The notes beneath the pieces are model-generated. The model was not told where the DNA came from. It was given only the letters and a program-made list of their open reading frames with translations, and did no database searches. Positions 28,049 through 44,190 of a stretch of 64,000 nucleotides of DNA are shown here, piece by piece. This DNA comes from the human T2T-CHM13v2.0 reference genome, Homo sapiens. The position numbers and the translations under genes were made by a program. Location of the stretch: NCBI RefSeq assembly GCF_009914755.1, contig NC_060947.1; one strand, given 5' to 3'. Position 1 is the stretch's first letter. Each line of letters begins with the position of its first letter.

Positions 28049-29099
28049 TTCATCTTCATATTCTCTGGTTTCCAGGAGCCCCTTTTACCAATCCTCTGTC
28101 CAGAAAGATAAGATTTCTTTTGGATTTTTAATCACTCATGACACTAGAGGTGAACTCTGTGGTTCTAAGTTCTCTCTAGCTGTGAATGGCACAGAACTTT
28201 CAGGTAAAACATCCACCTCCTCTTTCCCAGGTAACAGCTGTTTCTGAGGAGCTCTCTTTCTGAGGGATATACCCCATTCGATGAGTAGGACACATGGAAC
28301 AGCTCTGCTTCCCAAGTGTTTTAACTCTGTCAGGTACTCAATTCTCTCTTATAGTGTCTCTCATTTATTGATCAGGCTGCATACTCCATCCTTACCAACG
28401 GAAATTTGGAAAGATAAAACCCAATTTTGTTGGTTTCAGAGATCTTCTTAGCTTTAATGAAGAATACTTTGCAGAGATGCTATGCCCTGTGAGGTGCTTG
28501 TATTTTTCAGCAAAAATTGTATTGGAGGTAGATGATTATCTCAGGAATAAATATATCTATTAATATATATCAGCAACTCTAACATGATTAAATTATTGTC
28601 GTCACTCAAACCTGAATCTTTATATACATAAAGTGGAATGGAAAATGGTCCACTGCACTGAAATTAACTACATGACAAAAAATGGTGCTTAGCAGCATAA
28701 TGAAATATTTTCTCACTTTTAAATAATTTTAAAAAATACATATTTAACTTTCTCAATATAAAAAGCTAATTTGAAAAATAATCTCCTTATACAAGTCTAT
28801 AGCAGATAGCTCCTCCTCCTTCCTGTGATTCTCTTGGGGGTAACATGACTTCTTTCCCAGTATCTAAGTCCTTGAGCTAGAATTTTAAAACAATTTTAAG
28901 CATTGTGACATCTCCTCACCCTCCATTCTTCACAATAGCTTCCTTGAGAATAATGCTGATGACCACTACTTTTTGATACATTGCATTTAAAATCTTTATC
29001 TGTTTCTCTTTTACTGGAACAAAGTCATGAAAGCTTGCTTTCTAAACAAAATAATCTCTTGTATCCAAAGGGAAAAATGCAAACCGAAATCAGTAGTTA

Positions 29100-29456
<357 letters not shown>

Positions 29457-29652
29457 TCACTGAACTTGGAATCCAAGGTTCACTACTTTTCCAAGTATTA
29501 GACTGGAGTGTGGAAATGTTATTGAAAAAATGTGTAACTACCAGACAGATCCAGGCCAGAAACCCAGAAATATTTTTTTTTAATTTAACCGTGTGCATTC
29601 ATTTTAGGCAGACTAGGTGGACACACATAGGTATGCACACAGACATACACAT

Positions 29653-29714
29653 GGTACAGTAAGAGGGTCTCATAAAACTTCAAGGTACAGTAAGAGGGTC
29701 TCATAAAAATTCAA
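29653..29714. repeat. 31-bp direct tandem duplication
   Basis: GGTACAGTAAGAGGGTCTCATAAAA(C/A)TTCAA x2, one mismatch. Confidence 0.95.
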
Positions 29715-29893
29715 CGCTGGAAATAGTTGTTTCCAATCCGGAAGGCACTGTGCCAAGCAAACAGGGATGTCTGAAACCTTTGAACACTGATTTTAAACCA
29801 ATTGACTCTGAATTGATTTACACAGAAATATTGACACAAACACTTATTGAATACTTAAGATATGCCAGCACTATTTTAAGTGTTATGCACTGA

Positions 29894-30206
<313 letters not shown>

Positions 30207-30222
30207 TCTCACAGCAACCTTA

Positions 30223-30653
30223 TGTTAAAAGAAAGACTTCAGCTGAATTCAATTTAAAGGAGTTTAATTGAGCAATGAATGATTCGCAAATCAGGCAGTC
30301 CCCAGAATCACAGCAGATTCAGAGAGACTCCAGCGCAGCCACATGGTGGAAGAAGATTTATAGCAAAAAAAAGGGAAGTGTCATACAGAAATCGGAAGTG
30401 AAGTACAGAAACAACTGGATTGGTTACAGCTCCGCGTTTGCCTTAATTGAACACAATTTGAACACTTAGCAGTCTATAAGCAGTTGAAGTATGGCTGCTG
30501 GGATTTGCCAAGACTCAGCTATTGTTACAGGGCATACTCCTAACTTAGGTTTTCAATCTTGTCTACCTATTAAGTTAGGTTACAGTTTGTCCACAAGGAC
30601 TCAAATTTAGAAGTATGGAGTCCTTCTCAGGCCATATTTAGTTCGTTTCAACA
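30223..30653 (-). mobile_element. ERV1 solo LTR (MER57-like)
   Basis: TG...CA termini (TGTTAAAAG...TTTCAACA); perfect 4-bp TSD CTTA; 'gagtccttctcaggccatatttag' motif. Confidence 0.85.
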
Positions 30654-33072
30654 CTTATAATGCAGGTACTATTATTTTCTAAATATCACGCTTGAGGAAA
30701 CCAAGGGACCTCGGTCAACTTAAACAGCTAGTAAATGGTGGTGCTGAGATTTGAATCCAGGCATAGGTATGGCCCTAGTACCCATTATTTTAACCCAGTA
30801 CAGTACACTATTGCCTCTCCATTTGTGAAAAGAAAAAAAAAAAGACGGAAAGTCCTTTTTATATGGAAATACAGATAGGATTTTAAAAACAGGCCCCAGA
30901 AAACCTTACACAACACTTTCTGCTATTAAACCATTCTCTTTCCTTCTTCCCCTTCTCTCTCCTTCCCTTTTCCCTCTCCAGTCCATCAAATCCTTGCTAT
31001 GGAATATCACGCACTCCTAAATCCAACTGCTCCTTTGACATTCTTTGGCCACAACCTTAAAATAAATGGCCACCCTAGGATAGATGGGGTTAAAACCACA
31101 AAAAAAGAGTCTTCTTGGCATGCTAGAGTGGCTGCAGTCTAGGAGGCTTTCTGGAAAATGGAGGTGATTCTCCAGAAAATGGAGGTTTGTTTTTCTGGAA
31201 ACAAAATGTCATGGTTGTCAGGTTACTGATAAGGGGACTATTAGGAAAATTGGGTCCCAAATTTATTCGTAAGGCAAGTAGGGGTGCAGGACGTGAAAAG
31301 AAGGTGGGTTTCCCTGTATGCTGGGTGTAATGGCCTAATTATTTCTACTACATGCAAAATACAACACTGCTTCTTGGGTTCCTCAAAATACTCAGGCCCT
31401 GGGCACTGAATAGTGTGTGCACGGATGAGGGCTGTCCCCCTTAGAGTGATGATTGGTAATGATAGGTGATTCATGAAAAAAAAAAAGTACAGAAGGTTAC
31501 AGGGCAGAGGATGGCAAAGGGACAGGTTGGAGAATCTGTTTTTTTTAAAAAGTTATCTGGTTGGTGGTCAAGGACTGGAGGTGGAGAAGAGTGGAGGGGT
31601 TGAAGAGGATTGTCTTCTCTGTGAAAAGGGTTTTATAGGTTATTTCTAGTATAGCACACTCTTGTGGGAATAAATGTTCATTTGAATTTTTGTGAAATTC
31701 TAAAAATAGTTTCTAACATTCACTTGGTAAAGAATTCAGTAACTTTCCAAGTGAATATGTATATTGATCAATAGGTTCCCAATCCATTTTTACCTAAATG
31801 GTAGCACACTGTACAAACTACTCTGTACCTTGCTCTTTTGAATTAGCACTGTAACCATAGACAACCAGAAAAAAACCTAAGTATTTATCAAAGTGGGCAA
31901 TGGTTAAAAGAATTATTCTATATCCATGAAATTGAGTATCATGGAGATATTAGAAATGGTGATGCAATCATATATTGACATTAAAATTATATTCATCTTC
32001 TAAGGTCAAATGAGAAAAGCAGCTTTTGAAACAGAGATGTGTGTGTACACATGCAAATGCATAGTTAGAAGTTTAGAGAGATATAAACACACAAAAATTG
32101 TTGACTGAACATCTCTGAATGATGGCATTACAGATGATATGTTTCCCTATTTTATGTGCATTTTGTAATGTTTGGGATTTGCTACCATTTGGTTCATTAC
32201 ATATTTAATTTTTAATTATGTAATACTTTCACAGAATTTTTTAAAATCAGCAAATAACAAAAGGTATAGATTAAAAAGTCCCCATCCTGTCCCAGGATCC
32301 TGCATCCCTAGCTCCCTAGTTCCCATTCCTAGATTAGGAAATTCAACATTCAAATGAATAAAACAAGTTTCTCATGATATAGTGTATATATGGAGAGGCA
32401 GGGATGCTGTATTAGCAAATAAGCTCAATATATTATTGTCACGGCTAGGAGAGAAATCTGTTCTTCGTGTGAACCAAGCTCTCTCTGACTTGTTCAGGTC
32501 CTCAGATATACTGTTCCAACTAACTGGAAAACTTGCCCTTCCCTTTACACCTGGCTGTCTTTTTACTGTTCCTTCAAGTCTCAGCTGATAAATCTCTTCC
32601 TCCAAGAGGCCAGCGTAAACTAGCAGGGATTTCCATCCTGTGCTGTCTCAAAGCACTCTGTATTTCTTGTATCTCAGAAAGCACATATACCCTTTGCTGT
32701 AGCTTCTTTTTTCTTTTCTGTCTCTTAGCAAATAGCACAAACCCAGCATGAAGCTTGTTCATTTTTGCATCTTAGAATCTAACATGATACCCAGCCAGCA
32801 GGTTTGGGAAAATCTATCTCATTTGGGTCACAAAGACCAATACAAAAACTTTGTTCCCATCATTTCCTCATCATCCAACATATGTTAGAGCTGTTTGAAA
32901 GGCATAAATAAAGGAGTTGACTTTTTGGTGGATGGAAAATGGTAAAAGTTTATTACTAATATCTGAAGTGGACCAAGATGTTACTCAGGCTTAAAAAATG
33001 TAATTAGAAATAGAATTTGAGGGCAGGAGACTTCTGGAAATGGTTTCCTTACTCTTAAAAAGAGACATACAG

Positions 33073-33416
<344 letters not shown>

Positions 33417-33439
33417 TTAAGAAAACACATTGGTTTTTC

Positions 33440-33963
33440 TATTACTCAAGGTTTAATCAAATAAACAAAACCAGCAGGAGATATACATATACACACACAT
33501 ACACATTCAAGTGACTGGCTTACATAATTGTGGGGGCTGGCTATATAAGTCCAAAGTCCATAGAATAGTCAGTCAGGAAGTAAAGATCACGAGTAGGCTA
33601 GAGTCTCCTCAGGTATGGGATGAAGCGGTTTCTACAAGTACAAGCGTCTCTTTTCCCAAGGAAGGCCTAAGCCCCTTTTTAGGGCCTTCTAACCGATTAA
33701 GTCAGGCCCACCCAGGACAATTCCTCTAACTCAAAGTCAACTGATTAGGGTATTCTAGTACATCTGGAAAATCCCTTTGCAGCAGAAGCTATATTTGTGT
33801 TTAAATAACTGGGAGTAGTGTGTATGCCATAGAATGGCTGCTACTTCCCTTCCATCTTCTAATTCACACAAGAGATTATCTCTAGTAGCCCACTTATCAA
33901 GAAACATAATAGAAAGTTAATTCTGGGGAATGTAATTTTGCCTACCCAAGTTGACACACCACA
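33440..33963 (-). mobile_element. ERVL LTR (MLT2-like)
   Basis: aaccagcaggagatata...ggcttacataattgtgggggctgg...aggcccaccca...aaagtcaactgatt...ccaagttgacac. Confidence 0.7.
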
Positions 33964-36900
33964 GAGTTATTATATCCTCTATAGAATGCACCATCCAGGA
34001 CTTTTCCCAGAACTTGATGAGAGGTAGACTTGTTTTGGGAGATGAGCAAAGGAATTATGAAAGTTTATTTCTTCTTTGTTTCAGGCAGTCTTCTTTTTAT
34101 ACTGGAAGCAGTTGTGCCTAGAATTGATGCCTGGAAGTCTTATTGCAGAGAAAGCATTCTAACCGAAGTGTTTTTTGATGTCAGAGGGCTCATTTCCTGG
34201 AATTCCTAGAGACAGAAATCTTCTGACTTCAAGAAACCCAGACACCCTGAAGAGAAGTCAGCCAAGACGCGGGCTTCCCAAATAACCTACCCAGAATGGT
34301 ACAGTTGCCTCCAATACCCACTGGAGGTCACAACTTCACTGCTGATATCATCAGCTGTTGTCCAGTGGGAATAGAAGTGAATCCTTTACAACCTATTTTA
34401 AGTCCTCATAGCACAAAGTATATCAATATAAAATAGGTCCAGGACTTAGTTGTGTGGTCAAAAGGGATAAGATAGAAAGGACAATGATCCTTCCCGCATG
34501 ATCTATACTGGACTGAAACCCCAGTGGCTACCGGCATACTGATGTGAATAGCTCTTCTTGAAGCATGGCAGGTATGCTTGGGTGCCCAAGATTCCTGTCC
34601 AGGCAGAGCAGTAAGAGTAGTGTTAAACCTTAGGGCCTCGTTGCAATTGGATTGATTGAACCCAAGCTGTAGCAGCAATAGTTTATTTATGTCCACTTAT
34701 GAACTCTTGTCCTTCAGAGAAAATGCAGGATTTCATTGCTCCCGGAGGGTGAGTTTGGAAATCTGCAATTGCACTATTTTTAGGCAGAACAGAGGAGTTT
34801 CTGTTTATTTTTGGTTAATTACTAATACTTCATATTGCCTCTACAGCCCCTCCCCCATCCATTTCCTCAGACATGGAAATTTTGCTCTCTCTGAACCCTT
34901 TCTGTGAGCGCTGTAATACCAAAAGCCAGCACTAAAATATAGGGATCCTCCTTAGAATACAGCAGGAAAAGAAAACAATTTCTTTCTCATTTCTCAAAAG
35001 GAGACATATATTAGTTTTATCATATAGTGGTAATCAGCTATAGCACCTCTGCTATTTTGTAGTTTTTAAAGAATTTTACAACTATTTGTTTTTCATTGTA
35101 TTTATTTTTAGTTATAATCTATGATATGAAACATTAGTTTTCCATTCTTGATCATGATGTGGGGCTTCTTTTAAACTGTATTTAAATTTAAAGTTTATAT
35201 GGTTTCAATGGAAATATTAATCGAATGATTATTCAGGTGGTATTTGGATATGTTAAAAATCCTAAAGATGGTACGTGAATGACCAAGATCTGGGAAAAGC
35301 AACTTTGATTCACTGTGACAGATACCATATGCAATGTCTCAGTAAAAGGAGTCAAAGTTCTTCTTCCTCAGTACCTCATAACTCACCACAAGAGTTAATC
35401 TGGTACCTGATACACAAAGCTACACATTGGTACTAATAGTGGTGGCACTTGTTTTTCTCATTCCAGATTGGGTTAGGGAGCTTGTTTTCCTATCAGTGTC
35501 ACTACTAAGGTTAATTAATTAATTCAACAAATAGTCAGTATGCCTATTAGGTTTCAACCAGTGACCTGTATGCCGGATCTGTAAATACCAAGGAAATATG
35601 GCCTTTGTCCTATCTACAGAAACAGGGGAGCACAAAGAAGGGACATAGAGAAACAGGAGAGAAGCGAAATAGACAGAGAAGATGTGGCTACAGAAGTTGG
35701 AGGAAAACTATCAGAACTATCTCTTGTGAATACAAGAGTGCTTACCTGTACTTGACAATTCCACTGATACCTGGGTTCACACCATCAAATATATCTATGT
35801 AAGCCTGAATGATGCTTATACCTTTTACTTATAAAATAAAATATTCTAATTAGCATGCCTATATACATCCATTACCCTGCATGTGGGAAGCAATCAGTGA
35901 ATTATTCAGTTCAATCTCGTCAGGAGGAAAATCACACTAACAGATACACTCAGATACATTAAGAAATCAAGAATTCAAGAATATACTGGCTCTGGAAATT
36001 ATGAGAAGTATGGGGTTGAAAGACATAGACCCTTCTCTTAGTGAAGAAAATTGGAGTTGAAAGATGTCCTGTAGTCACTTGTTTAAAAGATATTATTACC
36101 AACTAACATATAATCAGTACAATAACATCTAAACTTTATTGTAAACTCTGTGTAGAATGTTCCATATTCTTCACAGAATAAATGTTTACTGAAGACCTTC
36201 AGGGCACTAGTTTCCAGGTACTGTGAGTACACATGATGATTCAAGTTTGGTCCCAGGCTCAAAGAACCCACAGTCTAATGGACACAGATAATTACAGTAC
36301 TGATGTGTGGGAAGCAGGAAAGCTACAAGAGCAGGGGATGTTGGGAAAACAGAGGTGGGCCCCTTTAATCCATGTGGTCTCAGTAGGGGGCTTCTTTAGT
36401 AGGTAGGTACTATTATTATCTCCATTTGTCTGATGAGAAATTAACAGAGAGAATAGTACCTGGTATATGGCAAGCACTCAATACACATTCCTTTAAGGAA
36501 TAAGTGGATGTTAAGCAACTTGCTCAAGAAAACACAGCTAGTTAGCGCTGGAGTTTTTCAGCCCCAAATCTGACTGCCTCAAAGCCCTGTGCTGCTTCCA
36601 GTATGCTGATCTCTCTCTTTGCCAGTAATGTCACTCATACTGTGGAGAGCTACTCTCCCTCTGAGGATTCAACCTGCCATAGAGAGCAGTGAGAGAAGGG
36701 GCAGGTACAGTTTCCAAGCCTTTCACATTGGATGAGGCACCGAACTTCCAGAGAAGATGCTTCTGATGTCACTGTCATTTTCTGAGCTGTCTGGTCTTTC
36801 TACACTCATTAAAAAGTTAGGAAGGTGTACTGCATGCGTCTTGGCTTCAGGAAAACTCCTTTTAGTGCTGACTTAGAGGCTCCTGTCACATTATAAGGGT

Positions 36901-39900
36901 GCTGGGTCCTGCTGAATTTTTAGATTGTCCGGGAGAAAATGGTTTTCCCAGGAAGATGGCTATCTTATCAGGAATGCCATGTCCTGCTCTGCAGCACTGT
37001 GGAAAGGATGCCATAATCGAAAACTAAGGTATTATCTCAGGCTGTGAAATGTAACATGTGTAATTATAAACAAGATTGTTAACTGTTTGCTTACCTGTTC
37101 TGCCCTCCTTGAAATGAAATTGTCCAGTCCAGGTCTAACTTCAAAGCCTTTTCTCTTTTCTGAAAGTAAGAGCTTCCAAAAGTGTGGAACACAGAAAACT
37201 GGTGATGTTCATAATAATTTTAGTGCTACTTGGACATTAAAATTTTAATAGTTGTATATGTGTTTTACTTTTCAGTAAACATGTAGTATATCACAGCCAC
37301 ATCAAGATCTTTGTGTGGTGATTGGGGAAGAGCATTGATATTACACACTCCATGGAAAATCACCATAACATTTCCTTTCAAGATCTCTGATCTTTCCCTC
37401 AGATTTCCTACCCTGTTGGCAATTGCGCAGTTTTTTCTCACTGTTTAAATCTTTCATCCATTATCAGACTTCTTGTTTCCCCAAGAATAGAAGCCATCCT
37501 TCTGTCCTCCCCTTCTGTCATCTGTTTTTACAGAAGCAGAATCTAAGGTTGTGATTTGCATTCTTTCAACCAGGAACCATTTCTGCAATAAAGGACCCTC
37601 CTCAGAACACAATCTTTGGCTGACAGCAAGATATTGTAAACGATGAATTTTTTCTCTCTCAGAAAGCATACAAACAAATTTCCCCACCCCTAAAAGACAG
37701 AAATTATAACTGCATTTCAGGAAGAAAAAAACACCATACCTCATCTCATTGGGTGTCCTGAGCATTTTGCCACAGGATCTAGGGAGAGGTCTCAGGGATG
37801 AGAAGTTGGCTGATAGTGTTGAGATCATAAATTCCATAAAGTGTGTCGGAGAGAATGTTGGTGGATAATTAAGCTGACAACGGCCTACACTGCTTACTCA
37901 GCAGTCTGTGGGCTTTGGCATCATATGACTGTGGGTGTCCATCCTAAATCTGTGGCATAGCAGATTTGGGCATCTTTTCTAACTTCTCTGGTCTCAGTTT
38001 TCTCATCTTGAAAAATGGAAATGGTATTATGCATTCTGAGTTGCTTTATGAGGATTGGATGAGATAATACATATGAAGTGTTTAGTAGTATAGAAATCTA
38101 TTATTTATTTCATTTTTATTTCATTTTAATAAAAAGGGTGAAGAATAAAATATTTAATTGAAATAAATTGATTTAAGTAAGTTAAGGAAATTTTTCAATA
38201 AAAAATTAAAAAAAAAACCTTTTAAACATTTTATTGTATTTCTTTTTGAAGTTATCTTTCCTACCCTGATTGTCCACTTTTATAGTTACATATGTTACTT
38301 TAAGTTACTTTCAATTTTAAGTAATTCTGTTTCACTGAAAATATTAGAAAAAAATCAGCACAATGGTATCTATACTAGTAAAAAATCTTAAAAGTGGTGA
38401 ATGCATGACTGAGTTCTGAGAAATGTTAACCTGAGTTATGTCCTGTGGTGTGCACTGTGCTAGCTATGATGAGGGATGACACTGAGAACATGAATCAGAA
38501 TTCCCTGCTCCCTCAATACCTCATATGCAATGGAAAACTTTACTTGACATCTAATACACAATAGCCAAATTATGGTACCTATTGTACTAATCCCAGATTG
38601 GAAGATAGTTTTCTGTTGCTATGAGTAGCACAGTAAAATATCAATTCAATAAATACTCGATAATGCTTATTGTATTTCAGTCTAGATTTCCTGAGGTCTA
38701 GTGGGTAAAGGCCAATGCATACACAGAACATAAAAATGGGACTGTAAGTGATGAATTAAAAGCCTTTGCCTGGCACATCAAAAAGACAACTACCAGGAAG
38801 AAGAAAATTCAAATAGATTAAAAAGGAGTTACCACAGGAGTATGAGGAAAACCAGGAAAGTCATCTCCTTGTGAGTGTGAAAATGTTCACTTATGTTGAC
38901 AGTTTCACCAGTCATTGGATTCACATATTTAATTCTGTCAGAATGATGTCTATGAATTTAAACTCTGACATAAAATAATACAATTAGCAGGCTTGTATTA
39001 ACTCAACAAGTTTTTTTCTTCCAATAAGTATTTATTAAAGACTCATTGTGTATCACAGTTTGTATTTGAGAAAGTTTTAGTAAATCATCAATGGCCACCC
39101 TAAGGCCAGATCAGTGAATACGATAATAATGAGTTGACCAAGATTCATCAAGAGGCAAATACGTTAGGTGTGGAAGGTCTGGAGGGTTCTAAACCCAGGG
39201 TGTGGATGAAAAGCCCAAATCCCCCTTGAAATGAAGTTTGAATGCGGTGGTAGAACACTAGCTATCCTTTACTGAGGGGTGGGTCACACAATAAACATTT
39301 ACAGAACATGACTGGGCTTTTTGGACATGGAGAAGAACCAAGCCAAGGCTACAAAGTGCTTTTAGTCTAGTGGGCAGACAGTTATACAGAAATGTAATTG
39401 CCAAACATTTTGATGAAAATACTGACAGGGCTGAGAAGATGAGTCACTGGAAACACAGAGGAAGGCCTCTAAAAACCAGGCTGAGGGTGTGTGGGTGTGA
39501 TCAAGCTGTACAAAAGTTTAACTTGGTCAGGGACACAGAGCTAAATAGCAGTGTGGTCAGTTTTCATCACTGGATCAGCCTGATTCCAATGCTCTGTGCA
39601 GTTTATTCCAAGTTCACGCCTACAACAAGGCCATCTGTTTTCATTTGGAACTTAAAGGTGCACTTCCCCTGGCTCTGCTTTCACTTTCCATCATGCTTCC
39701 TTCTCCTTTCAGACTCACCATAAAGTGAAATAGTTGATCCCAGCCTGTTGGCTTCAGAGCAGCAATTTTGAGCTCTTTCCTAGCACTTTACAGCGATGCT
39801 CTTTTCTGCTGAGTGCTGAGATTTTTTAGGCATGAACTCTATTGGAAACATCACACGTGTCTCATCAGGAAGGGCAGGTATATTTCAGCAAGTACAGTAT

Positions 39901-42719
39901 ACATGAACTGTTGTCATAGTGAGTGGACAGAGGTCTGGCTTTGGAGACAGACAAATATGGATGCAAACCCCTGCTCCATTACCTACTACCCAAGTTACTG
40001 AACAGGGTAGTTACTGAAACTACCCTGTTTGCTCATCTGTAGAAAGCAGAGAAGGTAGGAATTGATAAAAATCTCTCAGGGTAGGCTGGGAAAGAAAAAT
40101 ATGCACTCCTTGAGATTATCTGTTTATGTTTCTGACTGTTAAGAGTGTGAACTCCCAGAGGACAGGGATGCCATCTGAGTCATCTCTGTGCCTTAAAAAC
40201 TCCATAACCACATCCAACCAGAGCAGTCTCAGCACATTTTTCTTGTGCAGAGCTGAATCAGGCCTCAGCTGCTTCTGCTCCAAAGCGATGGTGCTTATTT
40301 TGAAGATCCTTTCTTGCATCCTAGAGGTCTATGAATACTACTCATATGCCAACGTTGATGAGAATCTCCACAGAGGAAGATATATTTTGCTCCATTGTGA
40401 CTTTTGCCGTGTCTGTTTCCATTTGCATTTTTGAGCCACACTTGGATACAGCTGAACCAGAAATAATTTCTCGTTCTCTCTGCCATATTAAATTTTATAC
40501 ACAGACAATTCAAGAGGCAGGTCTCAGGCCTTTTAAAGGTATAAGGCTTTATTGGCAGAAAGACTGGAATGTGAACAACAAAAGCTTTCCTTACTATATC
40601 TGCCAGTAGCAAGCCATAATATGTCGATTTTAGCCCTAATCCCATTGTGCTGTAAACAGTGGTAACGTGTATGTCTTATTAACTGAACTGTGAGCTTCCA
40701 GAGGCCACGAAATGTATTTATTCTTGTTTATTCCTCTTTTTATTCCCAGCACCCATGACAGTGCCAGGCACATAGAGGACATTCAATAAATGGTTCTTAA
40801 GTAAATGAATGAGAGCATTTGTGAGTTTTATATAAGAACCATACAGAGGAGGTGGCAGGCTAAGAGTGGTTCTAAAGCAATGCTGATGTTACACAACTTG
40901 CAAGTGAGAGAGACAGAAGCCTCTAGATCTGCTTGAATCCAGAAGCCTGCAGTCTTAGTTGTATTGGCTTTACTAGACTCTGGGACTCCCTGAAGCTTAC
41001 CTTGGCCACTTTCCATGGTACTCAGAATTCAGAAAGGAGCCCTGTTTAGGATGGACTTTGTGTCCAAGGCTGGTTCATAGATTAGATTACTCATGCAATA
41101 AGTAGTTATTATTCACTTAATATGATTAGCTATCCCTCCAGGTGCTGGGAATTTAGCAGTGAAGAAAACTGAGACTGTTCCTTGAGTAAATGTCCCTGCT
41201 CTATGAAAGCTGGTATTCTAGTTCAAAGAGAAAGAAAACAAACAAACAAATGCGCAACAAGGCTCACTAAACAGTATTTGAGGATTAATTATTGTGAGAT
41301 AGGAGTTTAGCAAATTGCAGATGAATTTAATACATGAAAGCAAACAACATAATATCCTCTTATTTATCTTATGGAAGTAATTAATAGCAAGTGATATTTT
41401 TGAATTAAATATACGATTATATAAGTAAAACAGTATAAAGATTCTTGAATTTTGGGAACAAATATCTGATTAAATAGCTATTGCTTCAAGTCTCTTTCAC
41501 CAACTCACACAGCTTCTGGGAGCAGAAAAACACTTTGATGGAGAGAACGTCTGAGTAATACATTCTTTCTCTAGCTGTGATATCATTACAGATTCAGCCT
41601 TGTCAAATTATGTTGAATTTTAAATACAAACTGAGTCCTCATGAACTAGTCACCAGGTATTTTATGCATACTTATTATGGGGTTAACATTAAATTGGGTA
41701 CCAGAGGTACAAGGGAATGCTAAATCATTCTCTGCCTTCAATGATCATATAGCCTTGTTGGGAAGACAATGCGATTTGACCTTTTACACTGGTAGAACTC
41801 AAGACAGTTTGAGCTACAGTGCAGGGAATGGAATCTAGATTCATAAATACCCTTGATCATCACTTACTGGTTTTGTGACTCTGGACATGATCTTGCACTC
41901 CTCTGAGCTTATTTGCCTTTGTGTAAGTTAGAGATAATAAAATCCACCTTTCAGGGTTACCAGGAAGATGAGAAATGACTCCTGTACACAGTAGAATCAG
42001 AGTATTATTAGTCTGGTACATTATGTGAACATCAAAGATTAGCACAGAGCTATTGGTATAGATTAGGCATTATTACTCATCTATAGTTTTATGGTCAGAA
42101 AATGGGAGTGGAAAATAATTAAATACAACCTGATCCATACAAACAGGACAAACAGAAATCCTTAGAGTAGATTAAATATTGATCTAACAATGTGATGGTC
42201 TAGCTAGCACCAGGAAACATGCAGTCTAGCAACACAGTAGATTGGTAAGGTGCTAGCCACTAGAGTCAGAAATAATCAGTTTTAGGATGACAGGTGATAG
42301 GTGCTCATAGCAGTAGGGGAATTCAAGATATCCTGAGATGAGAGATGACTATGTTTCAACATCCATTTTAATGCATACAGCAACAATATAAGGTAGATAC
42401 TGTTTTATACCCCATTTACGTATAAAGAAACCTGAGACTCAGAGGCTAATGAACTTGCCTAGAAATACCTAGCCAGTAAAGGAACAGGTTATGATTCAGA
42501 CCTAGGCACTCTGATTCCAGTACTTAAGACATACCTGGGGCTACTTTTCTAAACGTTTCACATGTACTATCTAATGTAATCCTTACAGTTGCAGAATTTT
42601 TATTAAAAAGCACAGTTCTCACTCAGAAAGAAAGAAGGATTTGCATAAAAAAGAATTTCAAGCCCAGAAATACTAAGATTACAGGTGTCAGGAATAGTAA
42701 CATCCAGCCTACTTCCAGC

Positions 42720-42835
42720 CTTTCTCTCTCTCTCTCTCTCTCCTTCCCTCCTTTCTTTTCTCCCTACTTCCTTCTCTCTCTCTCCCTCTCCCACCCTCCC
42801 TCCTTCTTTCTCTTTCCTCTCCATTCCTCCCTCAT
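42720..42835. repeat. CT-rich polypyrimidine low-complexity tract
   Basis: (CT)n and CCT-rich run. Confidence 0.85.
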
Positions 42836-43212
42836 TCAAATCCAAGCAATAGAATATTACCAAGGGCTCCTTTAACATTCTTTTGCCATGAAGTCAAAGA
42901 ACTGCTCCTGCAGAGAAAAGGGTTAATTGAGACCACAGAGAAGAACAGTTCACCAAGCATACTAGAGTTTCTGCCCTGGTAAAACATACCCAAAGATGAT
43001 GGTGACTGATTGGAGCCAGGGATTCCTGGAAACTAAGAACTTTACATTTAGGGCAAGGGACTTGAGATTTAAAGGAAAGGTAATGTTAGGGAAACTGGGT
43101 TGTAATTTTAGTCCTGGGAGTCAGTTGGAGGGGGAGCGTAGAAGGTAGGGTCATCTTTGTGATGGACTGGTTCGGTTTTGTCTCAGGGTTACATGAATCT
43201 GTGGAGAGAAGC

Positions 43213-44190
<978 letters not shown>

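Noticed and set aside
31860-32370. Resemblance to 48320-48740, suggesting a larger segmental duplication
   Set aside because: Both look like independent old L1ME-type 3' ends, and they are not collinear with the 34-kb/45.6-kb duplicated block.
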